NCBI GenBank assembly: GCA_029779755.1
Contig: JAKOZZ010000070.1
Span: forward strand, 1 to 62,372
DNA length: 62,372 bases
Source of the DNA: Pseudomonadota bacterium
Lineage (GTDB): Bacteria > Pseudomonadota > Gammaproteobacteria > Burkholderiales > Burkholderiaceae_E
Reading direction: 5' to 3'
The translations under genes were made by a program, and so were the position numbers. Shown here in pieces: positions 48,856-60,357 of the stretch. The notes under the pieces were generated by a model. That model searched no databases and was not told where the DNA came from. It was given only the letters and a program-made list of their open reading frames with translations. Within the stretch, counting starts at the first letter, position 1, and each line of letters opens with the position of its first letter.

Positions 48856-49170
48856 TCAGCGTCCGATCAGTGCCTTGTCCTGGTGCTTGCGGTCTTCCGG
48901 ACTCTGCAGAAGGTTCGGCGGCGGCGTGGTGGTGTTCGACAGGAAGTACGTGAGCGAGCAGCCCAGCGTGAACAGCACCCAGAACACGAAGAATCCGATC
49001 GTATAGGCGGCGTCGCGGCTGTCGGCCAGATGCATCCCCACGACGTCGAGCTCGTGCGGGTCGATCATCGAGAAGAACACGCCGACCGCCACGATCGACA
49101 TCAGGAACGCCGGCCAGAGCACCATCATCAGGAAGCGGCCGAGTTTTCGGTCTCCGATCGGCTTGTTCAC
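48856..49170 (-). CDS. Small 2-TM protein at the end of the cbb3 cluster
   Basis: VLWPAF...FFSMIDP...YTIGFFVFW; directly downstream of ccoH. Confidence 0.75.
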   Translation of the reverse strand: MNKPIGDRKLGRFLMMVLWPAFLMSIVAVGVFFSMIDPHELDVVGMHLADSRDAAYTIGFFVFWVLFTLGCSLTYFLSNTTTPPPNLLQSPEDRKHQDKALIGR

Positions 49171-49198
49171 GCGGTTCTCCGACGACAGGGGGTGGCGC

Positions 49199-49708
49199 TC
49201 ATTTCGGGTCAGCCGCCAGGTTCAGCGGGGCATCGAACCCGGACGTGATCCCGACCAGCCGCCATGAGCTGCCCGGGTCTTCGACATGCACGTTCCAGCG
49301 CCCGGCCTGCGGCAGCGTCGTGCCGCGCGCGGCATACACCCCGGCACGGACGGCCTGCAGGGAAAGCGTCATGTCCTGTTCGGCACGCGTGGCGTGCACC
49401 AGCCGCACCGTGACCGTGTCGGGCAGCGGCGACCCGCCGGTGGCGGCGAGTTCGAGCCGGGCAGTGCCGTCGGGGGCGCGGCTCAGGGTGCCGGTCAGGC
49501 CCATCTGCGTGGCGACGCGATCGCGCGCCAGCTGCAGGTTGATGGCCTTGCCTTCCTTGTAGTAGTCGTCGACGACCAGCGAATTGTTGGTCGTGGCGGC
49601 GAGCCACAGCGTGATGAAGCCGGCCACGACGGCGCTGGCCGGCAGGCTGATCAGCAGCCAGGGCCAGAGCTGGCGATACCAGGGCACGACGGGGGGCATG
49701 CTGCTCAT
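49199..49708 (-). CDS. ccoH: FixH/CcoH family protein
   Basis: PWYRQLWPWLLI, LVVDDYYKEGKAIN, HATRAEQD. Confidence 0.9.
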   Translation of the reverse strand: MSSMPPVVPWYRQLWPWLLISLPASAVVAGFITLWLAATTNNSLVVDDYYKEGKAINLQLARDRVATQMGLTGTLSRAPDGTARLELAATGGSPLPDTVTVRLVHATRAEQDMTLSLQAVRAGVYAARGTTLPQAGRWNVHVEDPGSSWRLVGITSGFDAPLNLAADPK

Positions 49709-49712
49709 CGGG

Positions 49713-51152
49713 TCACCGCGGAATGTAGAACGTGGATTTCTCGTGCACGGCCACCGAGGGGTCGTCCTCGGCGCTGATCTCGAACCGTACCGTGTTCGAG
49801 CCCGGCTGCCCGACGCCCGGCTTGATGCGCACACGCACCGGCACCATGCGCGTGCCTGCCTTCTCGACCTCGACCACGGTCTCGGACGCAACGAAGGCCG
49901 ACTCGATCCCGCTCACGCCGATGCGATACCGGCGCGGCGACTCGGCGCTGTTGATCATCTGCAGACGGTACACGTTCTCGATCATTCCGTCCTCGACCTC
50001 GCGGCCGAGCGTGCCGCGGTCCCGGATCACGTCGACCTTCAGCGGAACCCGCGTCAGCATGTGGGCGAACAGCGCGACCGTCACGCCGACCAGGATCGCA
50101 GAATAGACCAGCACGCGGGGGCGCACCATGTGGGCGAACACCTGCTTGCGCGTCCAGTGGTTGGCCAGGCCGTTCTGGGTGTCGTAGCGGATCAGCCCGC
50201 GCGGATAGCCCATGCGGTCCATCACCTGGTCGCAGGCGTCGACGCAGGCGGCGCAGCCGATGCACTCGTACTGCAGCCCGTTGCGGATGTCGATGCCGGT
50301 GGGGCACACCTCCACGCACAAGTTGCAGGACACGCAGGCGCCCAGGCCGAGCGCCTTCGGGTCGGCCTTCTTCGAGCGCGCACCGCGCGGTTCGCCCCGT
50401 TCCGCGTCGTACGTGATGATCATCGTGTCCTTGTCGAACATCGAGCTCTGGAAGCGCGCGTACGGACACATGTACTTGCACACCTGTTCGCGCATGAAGC
50501 CGGCGTTGCCATAGGTGGCGAACCCGTAGAACAGGACCCAGAAGGTCTCCCACGGGCCGAGCGCGGCCGAGATGACCTCGCCCGTCAGGGTGCGGATCGG
50601 CGTGAAGTAGCCGACGAAGGTGAAGCCCGTCCACAGGGCGACGGCGATCCACAGGCCGTGCTTGACGGCCTTGGTGCCGAACTTGGCGGCCGACAGCGGC
50701 TCGCGATCGAGCTTGATGCGCTTGGGGCGGTCGCCCTCGACCTTGCGCTCGATCCACATGAAGATCTCGGTGTAGACCGTCTGCGGGCACGCGTAGCCGC
50801 ACCACAGCCGTCCGCCCACCGCGGTGAACAGGAACAGGCCCAGCGCCGAGATCACCAGCAGGCCCGTCAGGTAGATGAAATCCTGCGGGTACAGCACGAT
50901 GCCGAACAGATAGAAGCGGCGCGACACCAGGTCGAACAGCACGGCCTGACGGTCGTTCCAGCTCAGCCAGGGCAGCCCGTAGAACACGAGCTGCGTGATC
51001 CACACCATCGACCAGCGCCAGCCGGCGAACAGGCCGGTGACGGCGCGCGGGTAGATCTTCTTGCGGACCTCGTACAACGAGGTCTCGACCTCCGCCGCGG
51101 CGCTCGGTTGCGCGGCGACGGGCTTGCGGTCTTCGGGAGGGGCTGCGTTCAC
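49713..51152 (-). CDS. ccoG: cbb3 accessory 4Fe-4S protein CcoG/FixG
   Basis: GRLWCGYACPQT, CKYMCPYARFQ, CVSCNLCVEVCPTGIDIR, CIGCAACVDAC. Confidence 0.96.
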   Translation of the reverse strand: MNAAPPEDRKPVAAQPSAAAEVETSLYEVRKKIYPRAVTGLFAGWRWSMVWITQLVFYGLPWLSWNDRQAVLFDLVSRRFYLFGIVLYPQDFIYLTGLLVISALGLFLFTAVGGRLWCGYACPQTVYTEIFMWIERKVEGDRPKRIKLDREPLSAAKFGTKAVKHGLWIAVALWTGFTFVGYFTPIRTLTGEVISAALGPWETFWVLFYGFATYGNAGFMREQVCKYMCPYARFQSSMFDKDTMIITYDAERGEPRGARSKKADPKALGLGACVSCNLCVEVCPTGIDIRNGLQYECIGCAACVDACDQVMDRMGYPRGLIRYDTQNGLANHWTRKQVFAHMVRPRVLVYSAILVGVTVALFAHMLTRVPLKVDVIRDRGTLGREVEDGMIENVYRLQMINSAESPRRYRIGVSGIESAFVASETVVEVEKAGTRMVPVRVRIKPGVGQPGSNTVRFEISAEDDPSVAVHEKSTFYIPR

Positions 51153-51255
51153 GGTGCTTCCGGGACGGTGCTTCTGAAGTGGGACGGGGCGGTCGGGATG
51201 CCTTCGACCCGTCCCGCCCCGGCAGGCCGTCCGCAGACGGCCGGTACTGCGCGGC

Positions 51256-52191
51256 CTATTGCACGGCCTGCTGCGCGGAGGCGCTCTTCGGCGGCGTGTT
51301 CGACAGCCCCCAGACGTAGGCGGCGAGCACGCGCACCTTGCCTTCGCCCAGCAGCTCCTTGAACGCGGGCATCTGGTTGGCGCGACCCTTGTTGATGGTC
51401 TCCATGATGCTGGCGACCGAACCGCCGTACAGCCAGATCTTGTCGGTCAGGTTCGGCGCGCCCAGCGCCGGGTTGCCCTTGCCGTCGGGACCGTGGCACG
51501 CCGCGCAGGCGGCGAACTTCGGCTTGCCCAGCGACGCCTTCACCGCGTCGTGCGCGCTGCCGGACAGCGACAGCACGTAGTTGGCGACGTTCTCGACGTC
51601 GGCCGCGCTGCCCACCGCCGCGGCCATCGGCGGCATCATGCCGTTGCGGCCTTCGAGGATGGTCTTCTCGATCGCGGCCGGATCACCGCCGTGCAGCCAG
51701 TCGGTGTCGGTCAGGTTCGGAAAGCCCTTGCTGCCGCGTGCGTCGGAACCGTGGCACTGCACGCAGTACGTGAGGTACATGCGCTCGCCCATGGCCTTGG
51801 CCTGGGGGTCGGCCGACACCTGCTGCAGGTCCTGCTGAAGGAACTTCGCGAACACCGGCTTGAGCGCCGCGTCGACCTTCTGGACTTCCTGCTCGTACTG
51901 CCCGGTCTGCGACCAGCCGAACGAGCCCTTGTTCGCGCCGAATCCCGGATACAGCACCAGGTACACGACCGCGAATGCGATCGTCAGGTAGAACAGCCAG
52001 ATCCACCAGCGCGGCAGCGGATTGTTGAGTTCCTCGAGCGTGTCGTCCCACGAGTGGCCGGTGGTGCCGACACTCTCGCCGGGCGGGTGCTTCTTGGAAA
52101 GGGTCATGGTCAGCCAGAGGCAGCCCGCGATCGAGATCGCGGTGATGACCATGATGTACATGCTCCAACCGGAGCTGAAAAAGTCAGCCAT
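51256..52191 (-). CDS. ccoP: cbb3 cytochrome c oxidase subunit III
   Basis: TTGHSWD, NNPLPRWW, two CxxCH (CVQCH, CAACH). Confidence 0.97.
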   Translation of the reverse strand: MADFFSSGWSMYIMVITAISIAGCLWLTMTLSKKHPPGESVGTTGHSWDDTLEELNNPLPRWWIWLFYLTIAFAVVYLVLYPGFGANKGSFGWSQTGQYEQEVQKVDAALKPVFAKFLQQDLQQVSADPQAKAMGERMYLTYCVQCHGSDARGSKGFPNLTDTDWLHGGDPAAIEKTILEGRNGMMPPMAAAVGSAADVENVANYVLSLSGSAHDAVKASLGKPKFAACAACHGPDGKGNPALGAPNLTDKIWLYGGSVASIMETINKGRANQMPAFKELLGEGKVRVLAAYVWGLSNTPPKSASAQQAVQ

Positions 52192-52206
52192 GTTCTTGTC
52201 CTCCCG

Positions 52207-52362
52207 TCAGGCGCGGCCGCCGCGTTCGTCGTCGGCGAACGGCAGGTTCGCCGCCTCCTCGAACTGACGCTTGCGCCCGGCGCTGTATGCCCAAACGACG
52301 ATGCCGATGAATGCGACCAGGCTGAGTGCCGTGATCACGGAGCGGAGAAGGTTGATGTCCAT
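52207..52362 (-). CDS. ccoQ: cbb3 oxidase small subunit CcoQ (51 aa; absent from ORF track)
   Basis: Hand translation MDINLLRSVITALSLVAFIGIVVWAYSAGRKRQFEEAANLPFADDERGGRA; between ccoO and ccoP. Confidence 0.93.
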   Translation of the reverse strand: MDINLLRSVITALSLVAFIGIVVWAYSAGRKRQFEEAANLPFADDERGGRA

Positions 52363-52365
52363 CGC

Positions 52366-52980
52366 TTACTGCGCCTTCTTCAACGCGGTGCCCATCACCT
52401 GCAGATAGGCGATCATCGCGTCCATCTCGGTCTTGTCCTTCAGGGTCTCGGGGGCCTTGGCGATGTCCTCGTCCGAATACGGATGGCCGAGGGTGCGCAG
52501 GGTCTTCATCTTGGCCTGGATGTCGCCGTGGTCGGCCGGGTTGCGGGCCAGCCAGGGGTAGCCCGGCATGTTGGACTCGGGCACCAGGTCGCGCGGGTTC
52601 ATCAGGTGGATGCGGTGCCACTCGTCGGAGTAGCGGCCGCCCACGCGGGCGAGGTCCGGTCCGGTGCGCTTGCTGCCCCACTGGAACGGACGGTCGTAGA
52701 CGAACTCGCCTGCCACCGAGTAGTGGCCGTAGCGCTCGGTCTCGGCGCGGAACGGCCGGATCATCTGCGAGTGGCAGTTGTAGCAGCCTTCGCGCACGTA
52801 GATGTCGCGTCCGGTGAGCTGCAGCGCGGTGTAGGGCTTGAGGCCGGCCACCGGTTCGGTCGTGGATTTCTGGAAGAACAGCGGAACGATCTCGACGAGG
52901 CCGCCGACGCTGACCAGCAGGATGATCAGCAGCATCATCAGGCCGATGTTCTTCTCGACGGGTGCGTGATTCAAAGACAT
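52366..52980 (-). CDS. ccoO: cbb3 oxidase subunit II
   Basis: [33 protein letters not shown]. Confidence 0.97.
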   Translation of the reverse strand: MSLNHAPVEKNIGLMMLLIILLVSVGGLVEIVPLFFQKSTTEPVAGLKPYTALQLTGRDIYVREGCYNCHSQMIRPFRAETERYGHYSVAGEFVYDRPFQWGSKRTGPDLARVGGRYSDEWHRIHLMNPRDLVPESNMPGYPWLARNPADHGDIQAKMKTLRTLGHPYSDEDIAKAPETLKDKTEMDAMIAYLQVMGTALKKAQ

Positions 52981-53003
52981 GTTCTGACTCCCGTTTCTTG
53001 TTC

Positions 53004-54446
53004 TCAGGCGTGCGCGACGACGGCCGGAATGCGCGCGTCCTCGGCCTTGCCGACGCCGATCGTCTTCAGGCAGTTGTAGAGCATGATCACCATGCCGCCC
53101 AGGTACAGCAGGCCGCCGAGCAGACGGATCACGTAGTACGGGTAGGTGGCCTTCACCGATTCGACGAACGCGTAGGTCAGGGTGCCGTCCACGTTCGTGG
53201 CACGCCACATCAGGCCCTGCATCACGCCGGCGATCCACATCGCGGCGATGTACAGCACGATGCCGATCGTCGCGACCCAGAAGTGCAGCTCGATCATGCG
53301 CTTGCTGTACATCTCGACGCGGCCGTACAGACGGGGCAGCAGGTAGTAGATGGAGCCCATCGACACCAGGCCGACCCAGCCCAGCGCACCGGAGTGCACG
53401 TGGCCGACGGTCCAGTCGGTGTAGTGCGACAGCGCGTTGACGGTCTTGATCGACATCATCGGACCTTCGAAGGTCGACATGCCGTAGAACGACAGCGAGA
53501 CGATCAGGAACTTCAGGATCGGGTCGTCACGCAGTTTGTGCCATGCCCCCGACAGCGTCATGATGCCGTTGATCATGCCGCCCCAGGACGGCGCCAGCAG
53601 GATCAGCGAGAACACCATGCCCAGGCTCTGCGCCCAGTCGGGCAGCGCGGTGTAGTGCAGGTGGTGCGGGCCGGCCCACATGTACGTGAAGATCAGCGCC
53701 CAGAAGTGCACGATCGACAGGCGATACGAGTAGACGGGGCGCTCGGCCTGCTTGGGGATGAAGTAGTACATCATGCCCAGGAAGCCGGCGGTCAGGAAGA
53801 AGCCCACCGCATTGTGGCCGTACCACCACTGCACCATCGCGTCCTGCACGCCGGCGTAGGCCGAGTAGGACTTGCCCATCGTCACGGGCAGCGCGGCGCT
53901 GTTGACGATGTGCAGGATCGCCACCGTCAGGATGAACGCGCCGAAGAACCAGTTCGCCACGTAGATGTGCGGCGTCTTGCGCTTGACGATCGTGCCGAAG
54001 AACACGATCGCGTAGCTCACCCACACGACGGCGATCAGCAGGTCGATCGGCCACTCGAGCTCGGCGTACTCCTTGCCGGTCGTGTAGCCCAGCGGCAGCG
54101 TGATCGCGGCGGCCAGGATCACGACCTGCCAGCCCCAGAACACGAAGCTGGCGAGCGGGCCTGCGAACAGCCTCGTCTGGCAGGTGCGCTGCACGACGTA
54201 GAACGACGTGGCGAACAGCGCGCAGCCACCGAATGCGAAGATCACCGCATTGGTGTGCAGCGGGCGCAGCCGGCTGTACGTCAGGAATGGAATGTCGAAA
54301 TTCAGGGCGGGCCAGGCGAGCTGGGCGGCGATGATCACGCCCACCAGCATCCCGACGACACCCCACACGACGGTCATGATCGCGAACTGACGTACGACTC
54401 CATAGTTGTACGTGCTCGCGCCTGCGGCGACAGGCTGACTGCCCAT
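53004..54446 (-). CDS. ccoN: cbb3 oxidase subunit I
   Basis: [38 protein letters not shown]. Confidence 0.98.
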   Translation of the reverse strand: MGSQPVAAGASTYNYGVVRQFAIMTVVWGVVGMLVGVIIAAQLAWPALNFDIPFLTYSRLRPLHTNAVIFAFGGCALFATSFYVVQRTCQTRLFAGPLASFVFWGWQVVILAAAITLPLGYTTGKEYAELEWPIDLLIAVVWVSYAIVFFGTIVKRKTPHIYVANWFFGAFILTVAILHIVNSAALPVTMGKSYSAYAGVQDAMVQWWYGHNAVGFFLTAGFLGMMYYFIPKQAERPVYSYRLSIVHFWALIFTYMWAGPHHLHYTALPDWAQSLGMVFSLILLAPSWGGMINGIMTLSGAWHKLRDDPILKFLIVSLSFYGMSTFEGPMMSIKTVNALSHYTDWTVGHVHSGALGWVGLVSMGSIYYLLPRLYGRVEMYSKRMIELHFWVATIGIVLYIAAMWIAGVMQGLMWRATNVDGTLTYAFVESVKATYPYYVIRLLGGLLYLGGMVIMLYNCLKTIGVGKAEDARIPAVVAHA

Positions 54447-54549
54447 GAGCTTCTCTCCCTCGAGGACTTATTGACGACTTGGGTGTCCGAAGACACCTGC
54501 GGCTTCTTTACCGCGAGTGGGAAGGTACGCCCCGGGTATTGCGGTGGCA

Positions 54550-54563
54550 TTGACAATGCGCAA
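54550..54563. promoter_or_regulatory. Candidate FNR/FixK box upstream of ccoN
   Basis: TTGAC-aatg-CGCAA versus consensus TTGAT-N4-ATCAA, about 105 bp upstream of the ccoN start. Confidence 0.55.
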
Positions 54564-54597
54564 GGACGTTTGTGCGCCGCCACATCGGCGCCGCGGC

Positions 54598-54798
54598 TCA
54601 GTCTTCGGGCGGCTGCCGAAGCTTCGATTCCGGATCGGCAGGGGCCTGCGGCGCAGGCCGGTCGTCGTCCATCAGGATCGCGTGCGCGGGGCCGGTCATG
54701 TCGTCGAACTGTCCTGAATCGGACATGCGGAAGAACAGCCACACGGCGATGCCGATGATGACGAGACTGATCGGGATCAGCAGGAAGAGGCTTTCCAT
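54598..54798 (-). CDS. ccoS: cbb3 assembly protein CcoS/FixS
   Basis: MESLFLLIPISL...SGQFDDM.GPA..IL.DDD. Confidence 0.93.
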   Translation of the reverse strand: MESLFLLIPISLVIIGIAVWLFFRMSDSGQFDDMTGPAHAILMDDDRPAPQAPADPESKLRQPPED

Positions 54799-54816
54799 GG
54801 CGTGTGGTGTCCGGGG

Positions 54817-57486
54817 TCAGCGGGACGCCCGGTCGGGCGGTGCCGTGTCGTGCGGCACGGCGGCCGGTGCCTCGGCGGTGGGCGGCGCGTCGGCCGCCAT
54901 GCGGGCCGGCAGGCGCAGGCGCAGCGCGTTGCCCACGACCAGCAGCGAGCTCAGCGACATGCCGATGGCGGCCAGCCAGGGCGGCACGTACCCGGCGGCG
55001 GCGGCCGGAATCGCGACCGCGTTGTACAGGCTCGCCCACGTCAGGTTCTGGCGGATCACCACGCGCGTGCGCCGGGCGATGGCCAGCAGCTCGGGAATCA
55101 TCGCGAGCCGGTCCGACAGCAGCACGGTGTCGGCGGCCGTGCGCGCCAGCGCCGTCGCGTGGCCCACCGCGAGCGAGGCGTCGGCGGCAGCCAGCACGGG
55201 CGCGTCGTTGATGCCGTCCCCCACCATCAGCACCCGCCGGCCCTGCGCCTGCAGCGCGCGCACCTGCGCGAGCTTGTCGGCCGGACTGGCGCCGGCGCGC
55301 CAGCTCGTCATCTGCAGCTGGGCGGCGAGCGCGGCGACGGCCTCCTGCCGGTCGCCCGACAGCAGGTGCACCCGCAGGCCCGACTGCTGCAGGCTGCGCA
55401 CACAGGCGGCGCCGTCGGCGCGCAGGGCGTCGACCAGCGCGAAGCGCGCAAGCGGGCCCTGCGCGTCGGCCAGCCAGACCTCCGAACCTTCGCCACCGGG
55501 CCGGGCGACCGCCGCGCCATCGCCCGCAGGGGAGCGGTCGATGACGCTGTCGGGGGCGCGGTCGGTGGCGCTGCCGGGGTCGACGTCGCCATCGGCCACC
55601 GCGAAGCGGCGGGCGCCGAGACGCAGCGCGCGGCCCGCCACGACCGCTTCGACGCCGAGACCGGGATGCACGACGATCGCGCTGGCCGTCGGCGCCTCGC
55701 GCGGGGCGGCGGCCGGCGTGCGCGCGGCGGCTGCCTGCACCAGCGCGGCCGCCAGCGGGTGCGCCGAGCCGGACTCCATCGCGGCGGCCAGCGCCAGCGC
55801 GGCATCGGCGTCCAGGTCGCGGAACGTCTCGGTGTCCACCAGGCGGGGGCGCCCTTCGGTCAGCGTGCCGGTCTTGTCGAACACGACGTCGGTGCACGTG
55901 GCCATCGTCTCGAGCGCCCGGCCGCTCGCCAGCAGGATGCCGCGCCGGGTGATCGCGCCGGTGCTGGCGGCGAGGGCCGCCGGCGTGGCCAGCGACAGCG
56001 CGCACGGGCACGACACGACCAGCACCGCGATCGCGATCGGCAGCGCGCGCGGCGCGTCCACCGCCCACCAGAACAGCAGCACCCCGGTGGCGAACAGCAG
56101 CAGGGCCACGACGAACCATGCGGCGACGCGGTCGGCGAGCTCGGCGATCGCGGGCTTCTCCAGCGCCGCGCGTTCGATCAGGCGCTCGATCGTCGACAGC
56201 GCGCTGTCGGCACGGCTGCGCAGCACGCGCAGGTAGATCGGGCTGCCCGCATTGATCGAGCCGCCCGCGAGTTCGTCGCCGACGGTGCGCGGCACCGGGA
56301 TCGACTCGCCGGTCAGCAGCGACTGGTCGATGGCGGTGCTGCCCGCGACGATGCGGCCGTCGGCCGGGATGCGCGCGCCGTTGCCCACCATCACCAGGTC
56401 GCCGGGGGCGAGGCGCAGCGCCGGCACGGTCTCGGTGGGGATGGCGGCCAGGCGCGCCGGGTCGGCCGCGCGATCGTCCACCGTGGCTGCGCGCTCGGGC
56501 GACAGCCGCTCGACCTGCTCGGGCAGCGCCGCCGACACCGCGTCGATCGCGCGGCTGGCGCGGCGCCGTGCGATCCATTCGAGGTAGCGCGCACCCAGCA
56601 GCAGGAACACGAACATCGTGACCGAGTCGAAGTACACCTCGCCCCGCCCGGCGACCGTGGCCCACGCGCTCGCCGCGAAGGCCGTGCCCACGCCGATCGC
56701 CACCGGCACGTCCATGCCGAGACTGCGCGCACGCAGGTCGCGCAGCGCGCCGGCGAAGAAGGGCTGGGCCGAATAGAGCACCACCGGCAGCGTCAGCACC
56801 AGACTGGCCCAGCGCATCGCGTGCTCGAAGCTCCAGTCGATGTCGCCGGCCTCGGCCGTGTAGACCGGGAACGCGTACATCATCACCTGCATCATGCCGA
56901 TGCCGGCCACGAACAGGCGCCGGAACAACGTCTTGGTGGCCCGCGCCAGCTGCGCCTCGCGCTGCTGCGCGTCGAACGGCATCGCGCGGTAGCCGACGGC
57001 GGCAATGCGCGACAGCAGCGCCGACAGCCGGGTGCGCGCCGGGTCCCAGCGCACCACCGCGCGTTCGGTCGCGAAGTTCACCGACGCGGCGGTCACGCCG
57101 GGCACCGCCGCCAGCGAGCGCTCGATCAGCCACACGCAGGCGCCGCAGCGCAGTCCGTCGAGCATCAGCGTGGTCTCGAGGTCTTCACCGCCGCCGCGCA
57201 CGAAGCGCGCCTGCACTTCGGGGGCGTCGAACACCTGCAGTGCGGCGAGCTCGGCCGGCACGGCCTCGGGCCCGGCGGCGGGGGCCGACCGGTGCCGGTA
57301 GTAGTCGTCGAGGCCGGCCGCGACGATCGCCTGGGCCACCGCCTGGCAGCCCGCGCAGCACATCTCCCGGTCCTCGCCGTCGATCGGCGTGCGCCAGCGC
57401 CCGGGGGCGTCCACCGCCTGCCCGCAGTGGAAGCAGACGACGCGATCCTGCAGCCGGGCACCGGCGTCCTGCGGGCCGGCGTTCAC
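54817..57486 (-). CDS. ccoI: Cu-translocating P1B ATPase CcoI/FixI
   Basis: CFHCG and CCAGC N-terminus, HMA CGAC, TGES, CPC, DKTGT, GDGINDAP. Confidence 0.95.
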   Translation of the reverse strand: MNAGPQDAGARLQDRVVCFHCGQAVDAPGRWRTPIDGEDREMCCAGCQAVAQAIVAAGLDDYYRHRSAPAAGPEAVPAELAALQVFDAPEVQARFVRGGGEDLETTLMLDGLRCGACVWLIERSLAAVPGVTAASVNFATERAVVRWDPARTRLSALLSRIAAVGYRAMPFDAQQREAQLARATKTLFRRLFVAGIGMMQVMMYAFPVYTAEAGDIDWSFEHAMRWASLVLTLPVVLYSAQPFFAGALRDLRARSLGMDVPVAIGVGTAFAASAWATVAGRGEVYFDSVTMFVFLLLGARYLEWIARRRASRAIDAVSAALPEQVERLSPERAATVDDRAADPARLAAIPTETVPALRLAPGDLVMVGNGARIPADGRIVAGSTAIDQSLLTGESIPVPRTVGDELAGGSINAGSPIYLRVLRSRADSALSTIERLIERAALEKPAIAELADRVAAWFVVALLLFATGVLLFWWAVDAPRALPIAIAVLVVSCPCALSLATPAALAASTGAITRRGILLASGRALETMATCTDVVFDKTGTLTEGRPRLVDTETFRDLDADAALALAAAMESGSAHPLAAALVQAAAARTPAAAPREAPTASAIVVHPGLGVEAVVAGRALRLGARRFAVADGDVDPGSATDRAPDSVIDRSPAGDGAAVARPGGEGSEVWLADAQGPLARFALVDALRADGAACVRSLQQSGLRVHLLSGDRQEAVAALAAQLQMTSWRAGASPADKLAQVRALQAQGRRVLMVGDGINDAPVLAAADASLAVGHATALARTAADTVLLSDRLAMIPELLAIARRTRVVIRQNLTWASLYNAVAIPAAAAGYVPPWLAAIGMSLSSLLVVGNALRLRLPARMAADAPPTAEAPAAVPHDTAPPDRASR

Positions 57487-57529
57487 GGTGCGCTGCGACG
57501 GAGGGGGCGACGGGGGGGCGGCGTCACGA

Positions 57530-58321
57530 TCAGAACAGGCGGATGCACGCGTCGACGACCGAGTGCAGGTGCTTCGCCGGATCGAGGCGCGCCAGCCCGG
57601 CGATGCCGAAGCCGATCACCAGCAGGCCTGCCGCCACCCGCAGCGCGCGGTGCGTCAGCAGGCCGCGCAGCGCGTGCGCCGACCAGCCCAGCGCGAGCAG
57701 GTTCGGCAACGTGCCCGCGCCGAAGGCCAGCATCAGCAGCGCGCCCTGCAGCGGGCTGCCGCTGACCAGCGCGGCGATCAGTCCGCCGTAGACCATGCCG
57801 CACGGCACCCATCCCCAGACGAGGCCGGCGGAGAACGCCCGCGAGAAGCGGTCGGCCGCCAGGCTGCGGGCGGCGATCGGCTGCAGCGTGCGCCACAGCC
57901 CGCGTCCGGCCACCTCGAGGACCGCAACCGAGCGCAGCGCGCCGGTCAGGTACAGGCCCATGACGATCAGCACGACGTTGGCCAGCACGAACGCGACCTG
58001 CTGCACCGGCAGCACGTTGCGCACCAGCAGCGCGCTGGAGCCGAGCGCGCCGGCGAGCGCGCCGGCCGCCGTGTAGCTGAGCACGCGGCCGAGGTTGTAG
58101 CCGAGGAGGATGGGCAGCGGGCGCGCCGCGCGCTGCAGGCGGATGGGGATGACGCGATGCACGGGCGCCGCGCCGGGCGAGGTCGCCGCCGTGCCGGTCG
58201 CGGCCGCCGCGGGCCGGGCCGACGCGCCCATCACGGCCACGATGCCGCCGCACATGCTGGCGCAGTGCACGCCGCCCAGCAGCCCGACGAGGAACATCGA
58301 CAACAGAGTCACATCCACCAT
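57530..58321 (-). CDS. DsbD_2/TauE-SafE-type membrane protein associated with cbb3 clusters
   Basis: GGVHCASMCGG, YNLGRVLSY, WGWVPCGMVY, FGAGTLP. Confidence 0.88.
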   Translation of the reverse strand: MVDVTLLSMFLVGLLGGVHCASMCGGIVAVMGASARPAAAATGTAATSPGAAPVHRVIPIRLQRAARPLPILLGYNLGRVLSYTAAGALAGALGSSALLVRNVLPVQQVAFVLANVVLIVMGLYLTGALRSVAVLEVAGRGLWRTLQPIAARSLAADRFSRAFSAGLVWGWVPCGMVYGGLIAALVSGSPLQGALLMLAFGAGTLPNLLALGWSAHALRGLLTHRALRVAAGLLVIGFGIAGLARLDPAKHLHSVVDACIRLF

Positions 58322-58509
58322 GATCCACCGGCTGCGCGATGACCGCCGTCGCACGCCCGCGTGCGCCGCGCGGCCCGACGGCCGTACCGCTCCCCTACAA
58401 TCCGGGCAGTGTAATCGGGCCGGGTGCAACGAAGCCCGGCGTCACGACCGCCCTTCGACGAAGCGCGCAGCATAGGGGCCGCAGCGCCCCCGCGCCAGGA
58501 CAATCCGCA

Positions 58510-59579
<1,070 letters not shown>

Positions 59580-59583
<4 letters not shown>

Positions 59584-60320
59584 GCGGCGGGCCGGGGCCT
59601 GCGTCGAACGCGGTGCGCGAGCCGCCGGCCTTCGCCTGCGAGGACGACGCCCGCAGTGCACTCGTGGACACCTGCCGTGCGATGAACGCGCAGGGCGTCA
59701 ACCAGGGTCGCTCGGGCAACGCGTCCCTGCGCTGGGACCGCGGCGCGGCGGCCGGGTTCCTGATGACCCCGTCGGCGCTCGCGTACGAGCGCATGACGTC
59801 CGACGACATCGTGTGGATGTCCCTCGACCTGGCGCCCGGCGCTGCCGACGAGCGCGCGGCGCGCATCGTCGACGGGGCCCGCGCGCCGTCGACCGAGTGG
59901 CGCATGCACCGTGAGCTGCACGCGGCGCGCGCCGACGTGCGGGCCGTCGTGCACACGCACTCGGTGCATGCGAGCGCGCTCGCCTGCCTGCCGGCGGTGC
60001 AGCGCGACGGCATCCCGGCCTTCCACTACATGGTCGCGCGCGCGGGCGGGCACGACATCCGCTGCGCGCCCTATGCCACGTTCGGCAGCGCGGCGCTCGC
60101 GACAAACGCGGTGGCCGCGCTCGACGCGCGGCGCGCGTGCCTGCTCGCCAACCACGGCGTGCTCGCCTGCCACGTCAGCCTGGAGGCGGCACTGGCGCTG
60201 GCGGTCGAAGTCGAGACGCTGGCCCGGATGTACGCGCAGGTGCTGGCGCTCGGCGCGCCGGTGCTGCTCGACGCGGCCGAGATGGCGCGGGTGCTGGAGC
60301 GGTTCCGCAGCTACGGCTGA
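59580..60320 (+). CDS. Class II aldolase (FucA/Ald2-like)
   Basis: GRSGNAS, TPS, PSTEWRMH, VVHTHS, FHYMV, LLANHG; GTGA overlap with mtnA. Confidence 0.9.
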
Positions 60321-60357
60321 GTCACCCTCTGCCGCGTCCAGCCTGGTGGAGCGGTCG

